This document shows positions 25,620 to 34,825 of a stretch of 64,000 bases of DNA, one piece after another. The DNA is from an uncultured Prolixibacteraceae bacterium. GTDB lineage: Bacteria; Bacteroidota; Bacteroidia; Bacteroidales; FEN-979. The notes under the pieces are model-generated. The model was not told the DNA's origin, made no database searches, and worked only from the letters and a program-made list of their open reading frames with translations. The first letter of the stretch is position 1. Each line of letters starts with the position of its first letter. The stretch lies in the NCBI GenBank assembly GCA_964642545.1, contig CAZXQU010000001.1, positions 111,797-175,796 of the forward strand, in the 5' to 3' direction. The position numbers and the translations under genes are program-made.

Positions 25620-27563
25620 ATGAGTTTTAGATTTTCCCGGATTTTGGTGTGGATAGCTATGTTTGTTTTTCCGGCAACCTTCACACTGCAGGCTCAAGAT
25701 ACCGAATACACCGACTTTACTGTCGCCAAACCCTTAACGCGCTGGTGGTGGTTTGCTTCTGAAATCGACACCAATGATATTCAATACCAACTCGACTGGC
25801 TTAAAGCAAATGAATTCGGTGGAGTAGAGATCGCCTGGGTCTATCCTCAGGGCGGTAATTCAACTGCGAAACGTGACTCCTGGCTATCGCACAACTGGAC
25901 CCGCACGACTACTTTCGCCAAGAGGTATGCCAACAGCATCGGGCTTGCCTGCGACTTCACCTTAGGCACACTCTGGCCATTCGGCGACAGCCAGGTACCA
26001 ACCGAAGATGGAACAATTTTCTCTGATGATACGATTTCGAAACCTTCTATGAGGCTCACATGGGAACATCCTCTGAAAGGAAGGGTAGTAAACCACCTCG
26101 ATCGGGATGCCATGATACGTTATTCCAAACGTTTGATCAGTGAACTCAGGCCGGCTCTTCTGGGCAGCTACTCCGGACTATTTTGTGATTCTTGGGAAGT
26201 AGAGACCCGGAAGCTATGGACAAGAGGATTCGGTGAAGAGTTCACCCGACAGTTCGGGTACAACATTCTGCCGTTGATGGACAGTCTGTATAAACCAGGC
26301 TTCGAACCAGTCTACTATGATTACATGAAGCAGCTCTCCGACTATGTGCTGAACAATTTCTATGCACCGTTTACCGAAGTAGCACATCGGTATGGTGCCT
26401 TCACTCGTGTGCAATGTGGCGGGTCACCCACCGACCTGCTAACAGCCTTCTCCCTGGTTGATATCCCGGAAACTGAAGCAATGCTTTTTCAACCCGCTTT
26501 TGCCCGGATACCAGCTTCTGCAGCAATCCTAACCTCCAAACCAGTTATTTCGGCCGAAGCGTTTACTTGTCTCTATGGCTGGAAAGGCTGGCCCGGTCCG
26601 GGTCCATACCAGAAACAGGAGCAGGTTGCTGATATGAAACTTGTCGCTGATGCACTCTTCGCCAATGGTGTGAACCAGATCATCTGGCACGGGATGCCCT
26701 TCAATCCTAAGGGTGGAATAAACCAGTTCTATGCTTCAGTATATGTGGGCGAGGATGCCGCATTTGCTCAGGAACTTCCGCCATTCAACAAATACCTGGA
26801 ACGGGTAACCACATTTATGCGAGCCGGCAAACCCTACACTTCAATGGCTATTTACCTGCCACTGGAGGACAGTTGGATGGGTGTTGAATATCCCGATTCA
26901 CTGCAACTTCCCTGGGCATGGGGCGAGTATGAACTTCGCTATGTTTCGGCTCCGGAAGAGACCCGCGGTTACCAACCTGTTTGGATCAACCAGAACTTCC
27001 TTCTCTCCATCACCCAGGATGAGGCAGGAAACTTTTCCTGTGGCGACGCCCGGATCAACTCACTGTATATCGATGTGGAGTATATGGAGTATAAATCGCT
27101 TCGCTGGATCATGCTCCTGGCGCAACATCGGTTGCCCATTTGCCTGAAACGCGATCCTGCTGAACCGGGAACCACGCTCTCTCCCCAATACATGCAAGCC
27201 CTTTCAGCACTGAAGTCGTTACCCAATGTTTCCACCGACCTGCAAGCTATCATTCCGGAACCCCCTCTCATCGAAGGAGTTGACATCCCCGAATTCTGGT
27301 GTCGAGAGACTGCTGACGGTCTGCTAATCTTCTTCGCCAACCCTAAAACAAGGGAGTTGAAATACCCGTTAAGTTATGGTCAGTCCTACACTGAATCGGC
27401 CGTAACGCGGCAGGTGAGAATTAACTTCAACGGACATCTTGTAAATGGCACCCTTACTTTTGAACCCTATCAGTCGGTTATGCTGCATATCAATAATCTG
27501 GGAGAGATAGACCCGGTAAGCATCGCCTTCTTCCCCACCCCTCCGACAACAGTTGAAAAGTGA
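25620..27563 (+). CDS. Secreted glycoside-hydrolase-like protein (family uncertain)
   Basis: 647 aa with a signal peptide. The N-terminal region RWWWFASEIDTNDIQYQLDWLKANEFGGVEIAWVYP resembles Bacteroidota proteins annotated as glycosyl hydrolase. No catalytic motif was verified. Confidence 0.45.
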   Translation: MSFRFSRILVWIAMFVFPATFTLQAQDTEYTDFTVAKPLTRWWWFASEIDTNDIQYQLDWLKANEFGGVEIAWVYPQGGNSTAKRDSWLSHNWTRTTTFAKRYANSIGLACDFTLGTLWPFGDSQVPTEDGTIFSDDTISKPSMRLTWEHPLKGRVVNHLDRDAMIRYSKRLISELRPALLGSYSGLFCDSWEVETRKLWTRGFGEEFTRQFGYNILPLMDSLYKPGFEPVYYDYMKQLSDYVLNNFYAPFTEVAHRYGAFTRVQCGGSPTDLLTAFSLVDIPETEAMLFQPAFARIPASAAILTSKPVISAEAFTCLYGWKGWPGPGPYQKQEQVADMKLVADALFANGVNQIIWHGMPFNPKGGINQFYASVYVGEDAAFAQELPPFNKYLERVTTFMRAGKPYTSMAIYLPLEDSWMGVEYPDSLQLPWAWGEYELRYVSAPEETRGYQPVWINQNFLLSITQDEAGNFSCGDARINSLYIDVEYMEYKSLRWIMLLAQHRLPICLKRDPAEPGTTLSPQYMQALSALKSLPNVSTDLQAIIPEPPLIEGVDIPEFWCRETADGLLIFFANPKTRELKYPLSYGQSYTESAVTRQVRINFNGHLVNGTLTFEPYQSVMLHINNLGEIDPVSIAFFPTPPTTVEK

Positions 27564-27618
27564 AAAGGCTTTGATATTGCTCATATGTTCGTAATTTTGA
27601 TGATCTAAAAAAACCTCC

Positions 27619-28428
27619 ATGGAATTCGGCATCAACTTACAAAGCATCGTTTCCGTCAGGAAAGAACCCTCACATCTCTCTGAGATCACAACACAGCTCT
27701 TGTTTGGCGAACTCTTTCGCATCTATGAAACACGTGATGGCTGGCACCAGGTGCGCCTTGCCTGGGACAACTATGAAGGGTGGATCCCAGAGAAACAGGT
27801 CTGCATGATCGACGAACAGGAATTTCTACGCCTGCTGAATGCCGACACGCCGTTCGTGATGGACCTCGTGCAGTTGATCGCCAACGAAACACAGAAGACG
27901 ATGTTTGCTATCCCGCTTGGGAGCTCTCTGCCAGGATTGGAAGGGCAGTTTCTCACGATCGCCGGCGAGAATTTCCGCTTTGAGGGACAAGTATCCATTA
28001 CCTCCGGCATCGAGGAGATAGAGACACCCCAGGAGAAGAAAGAGTTCTGCCATGATCTTGTTGAAGATGCCATGATGTACCTTCACGCCCCCTACTTCTG
28101 GGGAGGAAGGTCGCCTTTCGGAATCGATTGCTCAGGATTGGTTCAGATGGTTTACCGACTGCGTCAGATCAAGCTTCTACGGGATGCTTCACAACAGGCA
28201 ACGCAGGGTGAAGTAATTTCGTTACTCGATGAAGCGGAACCTGGCGACATTGTATTTTTTGATGATGAAGAGGGTAACATCGACCATGTAGGAATCCTGG
28301 CCGACAGGTTCCGCGTGATTCACGCCTCCGGCAGTGTACGCTTCGATGCCATTGATCACCAGGGCATCTTCGATGGAAAACAGGAAAAGTACACGCATAA
28401 GCTACGGCTTATCAAACGGATAATTTAG
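27619..28428 (+). CDS. C40 (NlpC/P60) family peptidase with N-terminal SH3-like domain
   Basis: It has YFWGGRSPFGIDCSGLVQMVY (catalytic Cys) and IDHVGIL (His). The N-terminal half is SH3b-like (GWHQVRLAWDNYEGWIP). Confidence 0.85.
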   Translation: MEFGINLQSIVSVRKEPSHLSEITTQLLFGELFRIYETRDGWHQVRLAWDNYEGWIPEKQVCMIDEQEFLRLLNADTPFVMDLVQLIANETQKTMFAIPLGSSLPGLEGQFLTIAGENFRFEGQVSITSGIEEIETPQEKKEFCHDLVEDAMMYLHAPYFWGGRSPFGIDCSGLVQMVYRLRQIKLLRDASQQATQGEVISLLDEAEPGDIVFFDDEEGNIDHVGILADRFRVIHASGSVRFDAIDHQGIFDGKQEKYTHKLRLIKRII

Positions 28429-28448
28429 CCCCTAAATCCCCTAAAGGG
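28429..28448 (+). repeat. AAATCCCCT motif copy immediately after a stop codon
   Basis: CCCCTAAATCCCCTAAAGGG starts at the base after the TAG at 28426-28428. Confidence 0.4.
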
Positions 28449-28510
28449 TACTTACTCCTGTTAAGAGGGATTTCCTTCCTGAGTGCTCGGGAGAGGATTA
28501 AGGAGGGGTC

Positions 28511-28559
28511 AATAATCATAATTCGTAATTCATAATTCGTAATTCGTCATTGATAATAT
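28511..28559. repeat. Heptamer array (7 units) running into a start codon
   Basis: The units are AATAATC ATAATTC GTAATTC ATAATTC GTAATTC GTCATTG ATAATAT. The AT of the ATG at 28558 belongs to the last unit. Confidence 0.75.
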
Positions 28560-29715
28560 GATTCTCTCCGACCTCATCGCCCAGGCTTTAATCGACGCTA
28601 ACGTCAAGGTAATTAACTATGTCCCGGGATACGGTGGGACAGCTATCTATAAAGCGCTGGCTCAAAAGACCGGGAAGCCGGGTTTCATCTCTTTCCACGA
28701 AGAGGTGGCTTTTACCGTATCTCATGGGGCCAGTCTGGTGGGAACCCGCTCGGCACTGTTGTGCAAGACTCATGGCATCATGAAAGCAGCCAACAGCCTC
28801 TCCGACGCCCTACAGTGCGGAACAACAGCCGGGATGGTTGTGATCATCTCCGAGGACAAAGGAGGAACCCACTCCGATACTATCATTGATACCAAGCCCT
28901 TCCTCGACGGCATCGGGATGCCCAACTTCTGGAGCTCGCCGGAGAAAATTTACGATGACATCCATCGGGCATATGAACTATCAGAGACATACCGTCTCCC
29001 TTGGGGGATTATTCTGGATGCCGATGATATCAATAACAACAGGCCGTATATTCCACGATATGCAAAACCCTCCCCTGTATACAAGCGAGATATCGTACAG
29101 CATGTTCTTTGCCCACTCTTCAATCCCTATCAGCGCAACGTCTATGATGCCAAGATGAAAGACCAGGCGTGGCAATCCATTTCCCGACCATTTATCCCAA
29201 ATATACCGGAAGGAACCTCCGAGAACTGGAAGAGAGCGGTTGAGAACTATATCCCTTTCTTCAACGTATACAAAAAGTTCAGGGGAAATATTGTAACTGG
29301 TGAGACCGGTATCTCCAGTCAATTTTGTGCGAATCCCTGGCACTGTATCGACATGGTGACATACATGGGAGGCAGCATCCCTCTGGCAATGGGGGCATCC
29401 CTCGCCGGGAGGAAAAATGTATGGGCCATAATGGGTGATTTCTCCTTCATCTCGGCCGGACCATTAGCCTTGCTCGAAGCCAAGCTCCGGGACCTGCCTC
29501 TAAAGGTGGTGATTCTCGACAATGGTAAAGCAGTAACTACCGGTGGACAGGAGATTGCATCCGGAGCACTGGATCTTTGTCTGGCCCCCTACCGGAAGCA
29601 AATCGTCGGTGAGGTAAACCCGCATGATCCAATCGAACTGGAACGAGCGTTTGAAACAATGACGAGAAGTAATACGTTAAAGATCCTGGTGGTAAATTAC
29701 AGGGATGCGGATTGA
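28558..29715 (+). CDS. Thiamine-pyrophosphate-dependent enzyme, indolepyruvate/2-oxoacid:ferredoxin oxidoreductase alpha-like, stand-alone
   Basis: 385 aa. The C-terminal TPP-binding signature is GDFSFISAGPLALLEA...VVILDNGKAVTTGGQ. The N-terminal part is pyrimidine-binding-like. It has no ferredoxin Cys clusters and no partner subunit adjacent. Confidence 0.55.
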   Translation: MILSDLIAQALIDANVKVINYVPGYGGTAIYKALAQKTGKPGFISFHEEVAFTVSHGASLVGTRSALLCKTHGIMKAANSLSDALQCGTTAGMVVIISEDKGGTHSDTIIDTKPFLDGIGMPNFWSSPEKIYDDIHRAYELSETYRLPWGIILDADDINNNRPYIPRYAKPSPVYKRDIVQHVLCPLFNPYQRNVYDAKMKDQAWQSISRPFIPNIPEGTSENWKRAVENYIPFFNVYKKFRGNIVTGETGISSQFCANPWHCIDMVTYMGGSIPLAMGASLAGRKNVWAIMGDFSFISAGPLALLEAKLRDLPLKVVILDNGKAVTTGGQEIASGALDLCLAPYRKQIVGEVNPHDPIELERAFETMTRSNTLKILVVNYRDAD

Positions 29716-29718
29716 TTT

Positions 29719-30423
29719 TTACTTCGCTTTTTTCGATCTTGCATCACGCGGCCTTACATAAGGATCGTTGAAGATATAGGTAAGCCTGAAAGTGATCACA
29801 TTATTATGCTGCTTGCGTTCCCAAACCTGATGACCGGTTTCATTGGTAAAATCACGCGTGCGGATTGGTACCAGTGAGTAAGAGTATCGAAGGTTCGCCC
29901 ACAGTCGTTTCCAGATTCGTAACCTGACATCGGCGAGTATCTGAAAATCGGCTAATGTATAAGGCCCCTGCAGACTCGTTGTGGTTTTAACACCATCCTC
30001 CCATTCTGACACGCCTACAAGTTGCCCATAGGCAAAACCTGCCCCCGCCGCAATGATTTTCTTGTCGGTAAAATGGACCAGTAAGGGGACCTGTATATAA
30101 TTCAGGTTCAGCTTGTAGCCATAGTATGAAGCCGGCTGATTGGTATCAGGGACAACCGTGTCGGGGACGTAGGTTTTCTCGTAAGAACCATTCATAGAGA
30201 AGAGAATCTCCATGGTTACCGACCATTTTCCATCTTTCCCGAATGGTACGATAACAGAGGGGCCTCCATTGAAGCCTATTTTTTTAAATCCGTAAACTTC
30301 GTCACCATCAACCTGGGAGAGATTTATCCCCGCCGAAATAGCCCCCAAAAATCGTTGGGAAAATACCGAAGAGGTAAATAGAAGAAGCAGCAGGAGTGTC
30401 AGGTAAAGGAAAAATTTCTTCAT
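29719..30423 (-). CDS. Outer-membrane beta-barrel (porin-family) protein
   Basis: 234 aa with a signal peptide and an alternating hydrophobic beta-strand pattern. The segment ending in aromatic residues (ITFRLTYIF) is followed by a basic tail. Confidence 0.65.
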   Translation of the reverse strand: MKKFFLYLTLLLLLLFTSSVFSQRFLGAISAGINLSQVDGDEVYGFKKIGFNGGPSVIVPFGKDGKWSVTMEILFSMNGSYEKTYVPDTVVPDTNQPASYYGYKLNLNYIQVPLLVHFTDKKIIAAGAGFAYGQLVGVSEWEDGVKTTTSLQGPYTLADFQILADVRLRIWKRLWANLRYSYSLVPIRTRDFTNETGHQVWERKQHNNVITFRLTYIFNDPYVRPRDARSKKAK

Positions 30424-30469
30424 TCGTAATTCTTCATTCGTAATTCGTAATTTGTCTAACGTCTAATTT
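30421..30469. repeat. Heptamer array (7 units) spanning from a start codon to the preceding gene's stop codon
   Basis: The units are CATTCGT AATTCTT CATTCGT AATTCGT AATTTGT CTAACGT CTAATTT. The first CAT is the start (rc) of the OMP gene. The CTA at 30463-30465 is the tex stop (rc). Confidence 0.75.
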
Positions 30470-32616
30470 TCCCCGTTATTATTCATCCCTTTCATCGAAA
30501 GCTGAATGCGTTTGCGATTGATATCCACATCAAGCACCTCTACCATCACTTTCTGATTGATCTTCACGATGTCGTTAGGATCTTTCACAAACCTGTCGGC
30601 CAATTGGCTGATATGGACGAGCCCATCCTGGTGCACGCCAAGATCTATAAAAGCACCGAATGCCGTGATATTGGTCACGATGCCGGGAAGTTTCATGCCA
30701 GGGTGCAGATCATCGATTGTATGAATATTGCGGTCAAATTCGAAAATCTCAAACTGCTTTCGTGGATCGCGACCAGGTTTTGCCAACTCCAACACAATAT
30801 CCTGGAGGGTTGGAAGACCGGTTTTCGCTGTCACATACTCCTTCAGGTCTATCTGTTTGCGTAATTCGTTCTTGGATATAAGATCGGAAATTGAGCAATT
30901 CAACTTTTTTACCATTTTATCAACCACGTGATAACTTTCGGGATGCACTGAACTTCCGTCAAGCGGGTTTTTGGCATCCCTGATCCGCAGAAAGCCTGCT
31001 GCCTGTTCAAATACCTTTTGGCCAAACCGCGGCACTTTCATCAACTCCTTCCGCGATGAAAATGGTCCGTGTTCATTCCTGTAGGTGATGATGTTTTTCG
31101 CCAGTACAGGACCAACCCCCGAAACATAGGTAAGCAGCTGTTCACTGGCTGTATTCACCTCTACGCCAACCATATTCACAGAACTCTCCACGGTATCGGC
31201 AAGGCTTTGCTGTAGCGCTATCTGATCTACATCATGCTGGTACTGCCCAACTCCAATCGATTTCGGATCAATCTTCACCAACTCGGCCAATGGGTCCATC
31301 AAACGACGGCCGATGCTTACCGATCCCCTGACGGTGATGTCATAGTCGGGAAACTCCTGTCTTGCCACCACACTAGCCGAATAGACCGAAGCGCCACTTT
31401 CATTTACTACCAGGGCTATCAGGTCGGTATCAAACCGGATAGCGCGAACCAGGCGCTCGGTTTCACGGCCGGCAGTACCATTTCCGATGGCGATGGCTTC
31501 AATCTTGTAGGCATTGGCGAGAGTTTTTATCTTGTGGATTGACTCTTTCACTTCATTCTGCGGTGGATGGGGATAGATGGTTTCATTATGCAGAAGTTTC
31601 CCCTGGGCGTCAAGGCATACAATCTTGCAACCAGTTCTGAAACCGGGATCGATGGCAAGCACCCGTTTCTGTCCCAGAGGGGATGCCATCAGAAGCTGTC
31701 GGAGATTTTCGGCAAAGACGCGTATCGCCTCTTCATCAGCCCTCTCTTTGATCCACTGCCGCATCTCAGTCTCCATTGATGGGTAGAGGAGACGTTTGGC
31801 ACTGTCGGTGATGGCTCCCTTAACCAGTTCGGCTGAGGCATTATTTCCTTTGATGAAGATCCGTTCAAGGATTTCGGCACCCCGATCTCCATCCACCTCC
31901 AGGCTCACCTTGAGAAATCCCTCTTTCTCCCCGCGAAACATCGCCAGGATCCGGTGTGATGGCGCTTTGTTGAGTAGTTCATGAAAGTCAAAATAGGTTT
32001 CGAATTTTACGCCATCCTCTTCCTTTCCTTTCGCAACTTTGGATGTAATCACACATTCCCGTTGAAAAAGGCTCCGGATTCGTTTCCGGGCATAGGCATC
32101 TTCATTGACCCACTCGGCGATAATATCGCTGGCACCCTGGAGCGCCTCCTTAACATTGTTGACGCCTTTCTCGGGGTCGATAAAGGATTCGGCGCGGTGT
32201 TCAATGTCATCAAACCGTTGCAACATGATCAGTTTGGCAAGGGGTTCCAGTCCTTTTTCACGGGCGATGCTGGCACGGGTCTTTCGTTTGGGCTTGTATG
32301 GAAGGTAAATATCTTCCAACTCGGCCATGGTAAAAGCATTCATCACCGCACTCTCCAGTTCATCCGTAAGCTTCTCCTGGTCCCGAAGCGACTTGAGGAT
32401 CGTCTCCCGGCGGGCATTCATATCCTTGAGTTGTTGTAGCCTGTCCCGTACCCGTGCGATAATGGTCTCATCCATGCTTCCGGTCATCTCTTTCCGATAT
32501 CTGGCGATGAAGGGAATCGTGGCTCCACTCTCCAGCAACTGGATGGTATTCTTAATAAAAGTCTCAGCCACACTAAGTTCTGTGGCAATAATTTTCGAAA
32601 ATGTTTCGGTGCTCAT
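30463..32616 (-). CDS. tex: Tex-like RNA-binding transcription accessory protein
   Basis: 717 aa with an N-terminal Tex domain (TIPFIARYRKEMTGS), a YqgF/RNase H-like core (VLAIDPGFRTGCK), HhH motifs and a C-terminal S1 domain (GIVTNITAFGAFIDLG). Confidence 0.9.
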   Translation of the reverse strand: MSTETFSKIIATELSVAETFIKNTIQLLESGATIPFIARYRKEMTGSMDETIIARVRDRLQQLKDMNARRETILKSLRDQEKLTDELESAVMNAFTMAELEDIYLPYKPKRKTRASIAREKGLEPLAKLIMLQRFDDIEHRAESFIDPEKGVNNVKEALQGASDIIAEWVNEDAYARKRIRSLFQRECVITSKVAKGKEEDGVKFETYFDFHELLNKAPSHRILAMFRGEKEGFLKVSLEVDGDRGAEILERIFIKGNNASAELVKGAITDSAKRLLYPSMETEMRQWIKERADEEAIRVFAENLRQLLMASPLGQKRVLAIDPGFRTGCKIVCLDAQGKLLHNETIYPHPPQNEVKESIHKIKTLANAYKIEAIAIGNGTAGRETERLVRAIRFDTDLIALVVNESGASVYSASVVARQEFPDYDITVRGSVSIGRRLMDPLAELVKIDPKSIGVGQYQHDVDQIALQQSLADTVESSVNMVGVEVNTASEQLLTYVSGVGPVLAKNIITYRNEHGPFSSRKELMKVPRFGQKVFEQAAGFLRIRDAKNPLDGSSVHPESYHVVDKMVKKLNCSISDLISKNELRKQIDLKEYVTAKTGLPTLQDIVLELAKPGRDPRKQFEIFEFDRNIHTIDDLHPGMKLPGIVTNITAFGAFIDLGVHQDGLVHISQLADRFVKDPNDIVKINQKVMVEVLDVDINRKRIQLSMKGMNNNGEN

Positions 32617-32649
32617 TTTACCAGAGTAACAGTTCCTTTCAGTACAACA

Positions 32650-33369
32650 TCACCAACCAGATGCTAACACGTCAATGATATGAATAGTTTTGATTGGTAT
32701 GTTATGTTTGTTGATGTACCCCTGAAGGTGCATCAGGCAGGAAGAATCAGTCGAAACGATGTATTCAGCCCCTGTTTCCATCGCATGTTTGACCTTCTGT
32801 TCAGCCATTGCCGTTGAGATAGGTTCAAATTTCACCGAAAAGGTCCCACCGAAGCCGCAGCAAACATCATGTTCCTTCATCTCCCTCAATTCCAGTCCTT
32901 TCACATGTGAAAGAAGCTTCATAGGTTCATCTTTTAGTCCATATTCTCTCAATGAGGCGCAAGAACTGTGATAGGTCACAACATGTTCGAATACGGCTCC
33001 AACATCTTCTCTCTTGAGGATGTTCACGACAAAATCGGTAAATTCATAAATGTTCTTCCGCAACTGTTTGTACTCGTAATGCAATGCCGTATTGTGAAAC
33101 AGCATCGGAAAGTAGTTCCGCACATAGCCAATACAGGATGCCGACGGACCAACAATTGGCCGGTCGTTCTGAAAATCCCTGATGAACTTCTCTCCCATCG
33201 CTTTTGCCTCATCCCAGAAGCCACTGTTGAATGCCATCTGGCCACAACAGGTCTGGTTTCCATTGTAATGTGCCGAAACACCCAGCTTCTCCAGAACTTT
33301 TACCATATTAATCCCTGTTTCGGGATAGACCTGATCGATGAAGCAGGGGATGAAGATGTCGACAAGCAT
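32650..33369 (-). CDS. (Fe-S)-binding protein with two CCG domains (LutA/GlcF-like)
   Basis: 239 aa with two CCG motifs (QTCCGQMAFNSG and DVCCGFGGTF). No lutB or lutC is adjacent. Confidence 0.8.
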   Translation of the reverse strand: MLVDIFIPCFIDQVYPETGINMVKVLEKLGVSAHYNGNQTCCGQMAFNSGFWDEAKAMGEKFIRDFQNDRPIVGPSASCIGYVRNYFPMLFHNTALHYEYKQLRKNIYEFTDFVVNILKREDVGAVFEHVVTYHSSCASLREYGLKDEPMKLLSHVKGLELREMKEHDVCCGFGGTFSVKFEPISTAMAEQKVKHAMETGAEYIVSTDSSCLMHLQGYINKHNIPIKTIHIIDVLASGW

Positions 33370-33373
33370 TTGT

Positions 33374-33401
33374 AAGGGATTAGCGATTAGGGATTAGGGA
33401 C
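33374..33401. repeat. Heptamer array (ATTAGGG family)
   Basis: The units are AAGGGAT TAGCGAT TAGGGAT TAGGGAC, 5 nt upstream (gene sense) of the start codon at 33367-33369. Confidence 0.7.
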
Positions 33402-33456
33402 AAAATTAGTAAAATTATAGGACTGCTCATCATTGCTTATCATTGATCATCTCAGC

Positions 33457-33496
33457 GATTTTCATATTTTCCTAATTTCCTAATTTCCATCACGTC
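33457..33496. repeat. Octamer array running into the aroA stop codon
   Basis: The units are GATTTTCA TATTTTCC TAATTTCC TAATTTCC ATCACGTC. The last unit is the rc of GACGTGAT, whose TGA is the aroA stop (33490-33492). Confidence 0.7.
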
Positions 33497-34815
33497 TCGC
33501 TTACTTCAAACCCCAACCTCCCCATCTCTTCCCAGAAGCCAGGATAAGATTTTGCTACAACCGCAGGGTCTGAGATGCGGATGGTTCCGGTTCTGATCGC
33601 AAGCAATGCAAAGGCCATTGCGATGCGGTGGTCACTGTAGGTCTTTATGATCTCTTGAGGATAAGCTCCTGGGGCAGGGTCAATAGATTGAGATGCGTCG
33701 GTTTCAATGATGCCGAATGCCGGATGCCGGATATCAATCTGCAATCGGCCCAACTCTTTGACAAGGGCTTCAAGGCGGTCACTCTCTTTGGTTTTCAAAT
33801 GATGAAGTCCGGTAAATCGGGCAGCTATCCCAAGCACAGCATAAGTTACAATGAGGGATGGGGCGAGATCGGGATAAGCAGCAAGGTCAAAAGCAGGCTG
33901 CCAACTGCCAACTGCTAACTGCCCACTGCCCACTGCCCACTTCCCACTGATCAATCGTATTCCATCACTTTCAAAAACAGTCTCTACTCCCAATGGCCGG
34001 AAAAGCTCTGCCAACACGGCATCTCCCTGCAGGCTGTTTTTATGCAGACCGGGTAGTGTGAGTTCCGCGGAGCCGGCAAGGGCTGCAGCTTCATACCAGA
34101 AAGCGGCTGAGGACCAGTCGGCCTCCACAGTGTACTTTTCTGTTAGTCGTGCTTCAGCCTGGTAACTTCCGTGTTTGACGAGCAGGAGCTCCTCGTTTCT
34201 CTTGATAACTGCTCCAAACTCCTCCATAATGCGCAGCGTCATATCTACATATGGAAAAGAGACCTGATCACCCACCATACGGATCGTGAGACCTTCGGGA
34301 AGTAACGGAGCTATTAAAAGAAGAGCCGAAACAAACTGGCTGCTCACCGAAACATCTACTGTCACCTCCCCTCCAGAAAGCTGCCTGCCAATGATGCGCA
34401 GCGGAGGATACCCTGCTATTCCTTCATAGTCGATCTCTGCACCCAGGCTTCTGAGTGCCTCCACCAGGATGCCGATTGGCCTTCTTTGCATCCGTTCACT
34501 GCCGGAAAGAAGCCATGTTCCCGGTTGAATTGCGAGGTATGCAACGAGGAAACGCATCACGGTACCGGCATTGCAGCAGTTAAGAGAAATATGCTGATTG
34601 GGCTGAGCCGATTCAATCTGCTTCAATAACTCCTGAAGCAATAAGGTATCTTCGGCTTTGGAGAGGTTTTCAAACTGGAAGTCGGAACGAGCCAGTGCGC
34701 GGATGATAAGGAGTCTGTTGCTGATACTCTTTGACGAAGGGAGTGATATTCTGCCAGCCAGGTTTACCCCTTCAACTTCGTGGATATTTTTTCCTGTAAT
34801 CGTGTAGCTGGTCAT
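33490..34815 (-). CDS. aroA: 3-phosphoshikimate 1-carboxyvinyltransferase (EPSP synthase)
   Basis: It has LPSSKSISNRLLIIRALA, GTVMRFL and KESDRLEAL. The start is moved to the ATG at 34815 (MTSYTITGK), which avoids a 32-nt overlap with aroB. Confidence 0.9.
   Translation of the reverse strand: MTSYTITGKNIHEVEGVNLAGRISLPSSKSISNRLLIIRALARSDFQFENLSKAEDTLLLQELLKQIESAQPNQHISLNCCNAGTVMRFLVAYLAIQPGTWLLSGSERMQRRPIGILVEALRSLGAEIDYEGIAGYPPLRIIGRQLSGGEVTVDVSVSSQFVSALLLIAPLLPEGLTIRMVGDQVSFPYVDMTLRIMEEFGAVIKRNEELLLVKHGSYQAEARLTEKYTVEADWSSAAFWYEAAALAGSAELTLPGLHKNSLQGDAVLAELFRPLGVETVFESDGIRLISGKWAVGSGQLAVGSWQPAFDLAAYPDLAPSLIVTYAVLGIAARFTGLHHLKTKESDRLEALVKELGRLQIDIRHPAFGIIETDASQSIDPAPGAYPQEIIKTYSDHRIAMAFALLAIRTGTIRISDPAVVAKSYPGFWEEMGRLGFEVSET
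33894..33949. repeat. Heptamer array (8 units) inside the aroA coding sequence
   Basis: The plus strand reads CAGGCTG CCAACTG CCAACTG CTAACTG CCCACTG CCCACTG CCCACTT CCCACTG. In the aroA sense this is the CAGTGGG family and encodes SGKWAVGSGQLAVGSWQPA. Confidence 0.85.
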
Positions 34816-34825
34816 TGAGCGGCTA

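Noticed and set aside
25449-25697. Short ORFs translating the heptamer arrays (RLTSHVSRLTSHV-type peptides); others at 45344-45558 and 59994-60185
   Set aside because: They exist only because stop-free frames run through the tandem repeats. They overlap real genes or spacers and have no start context.
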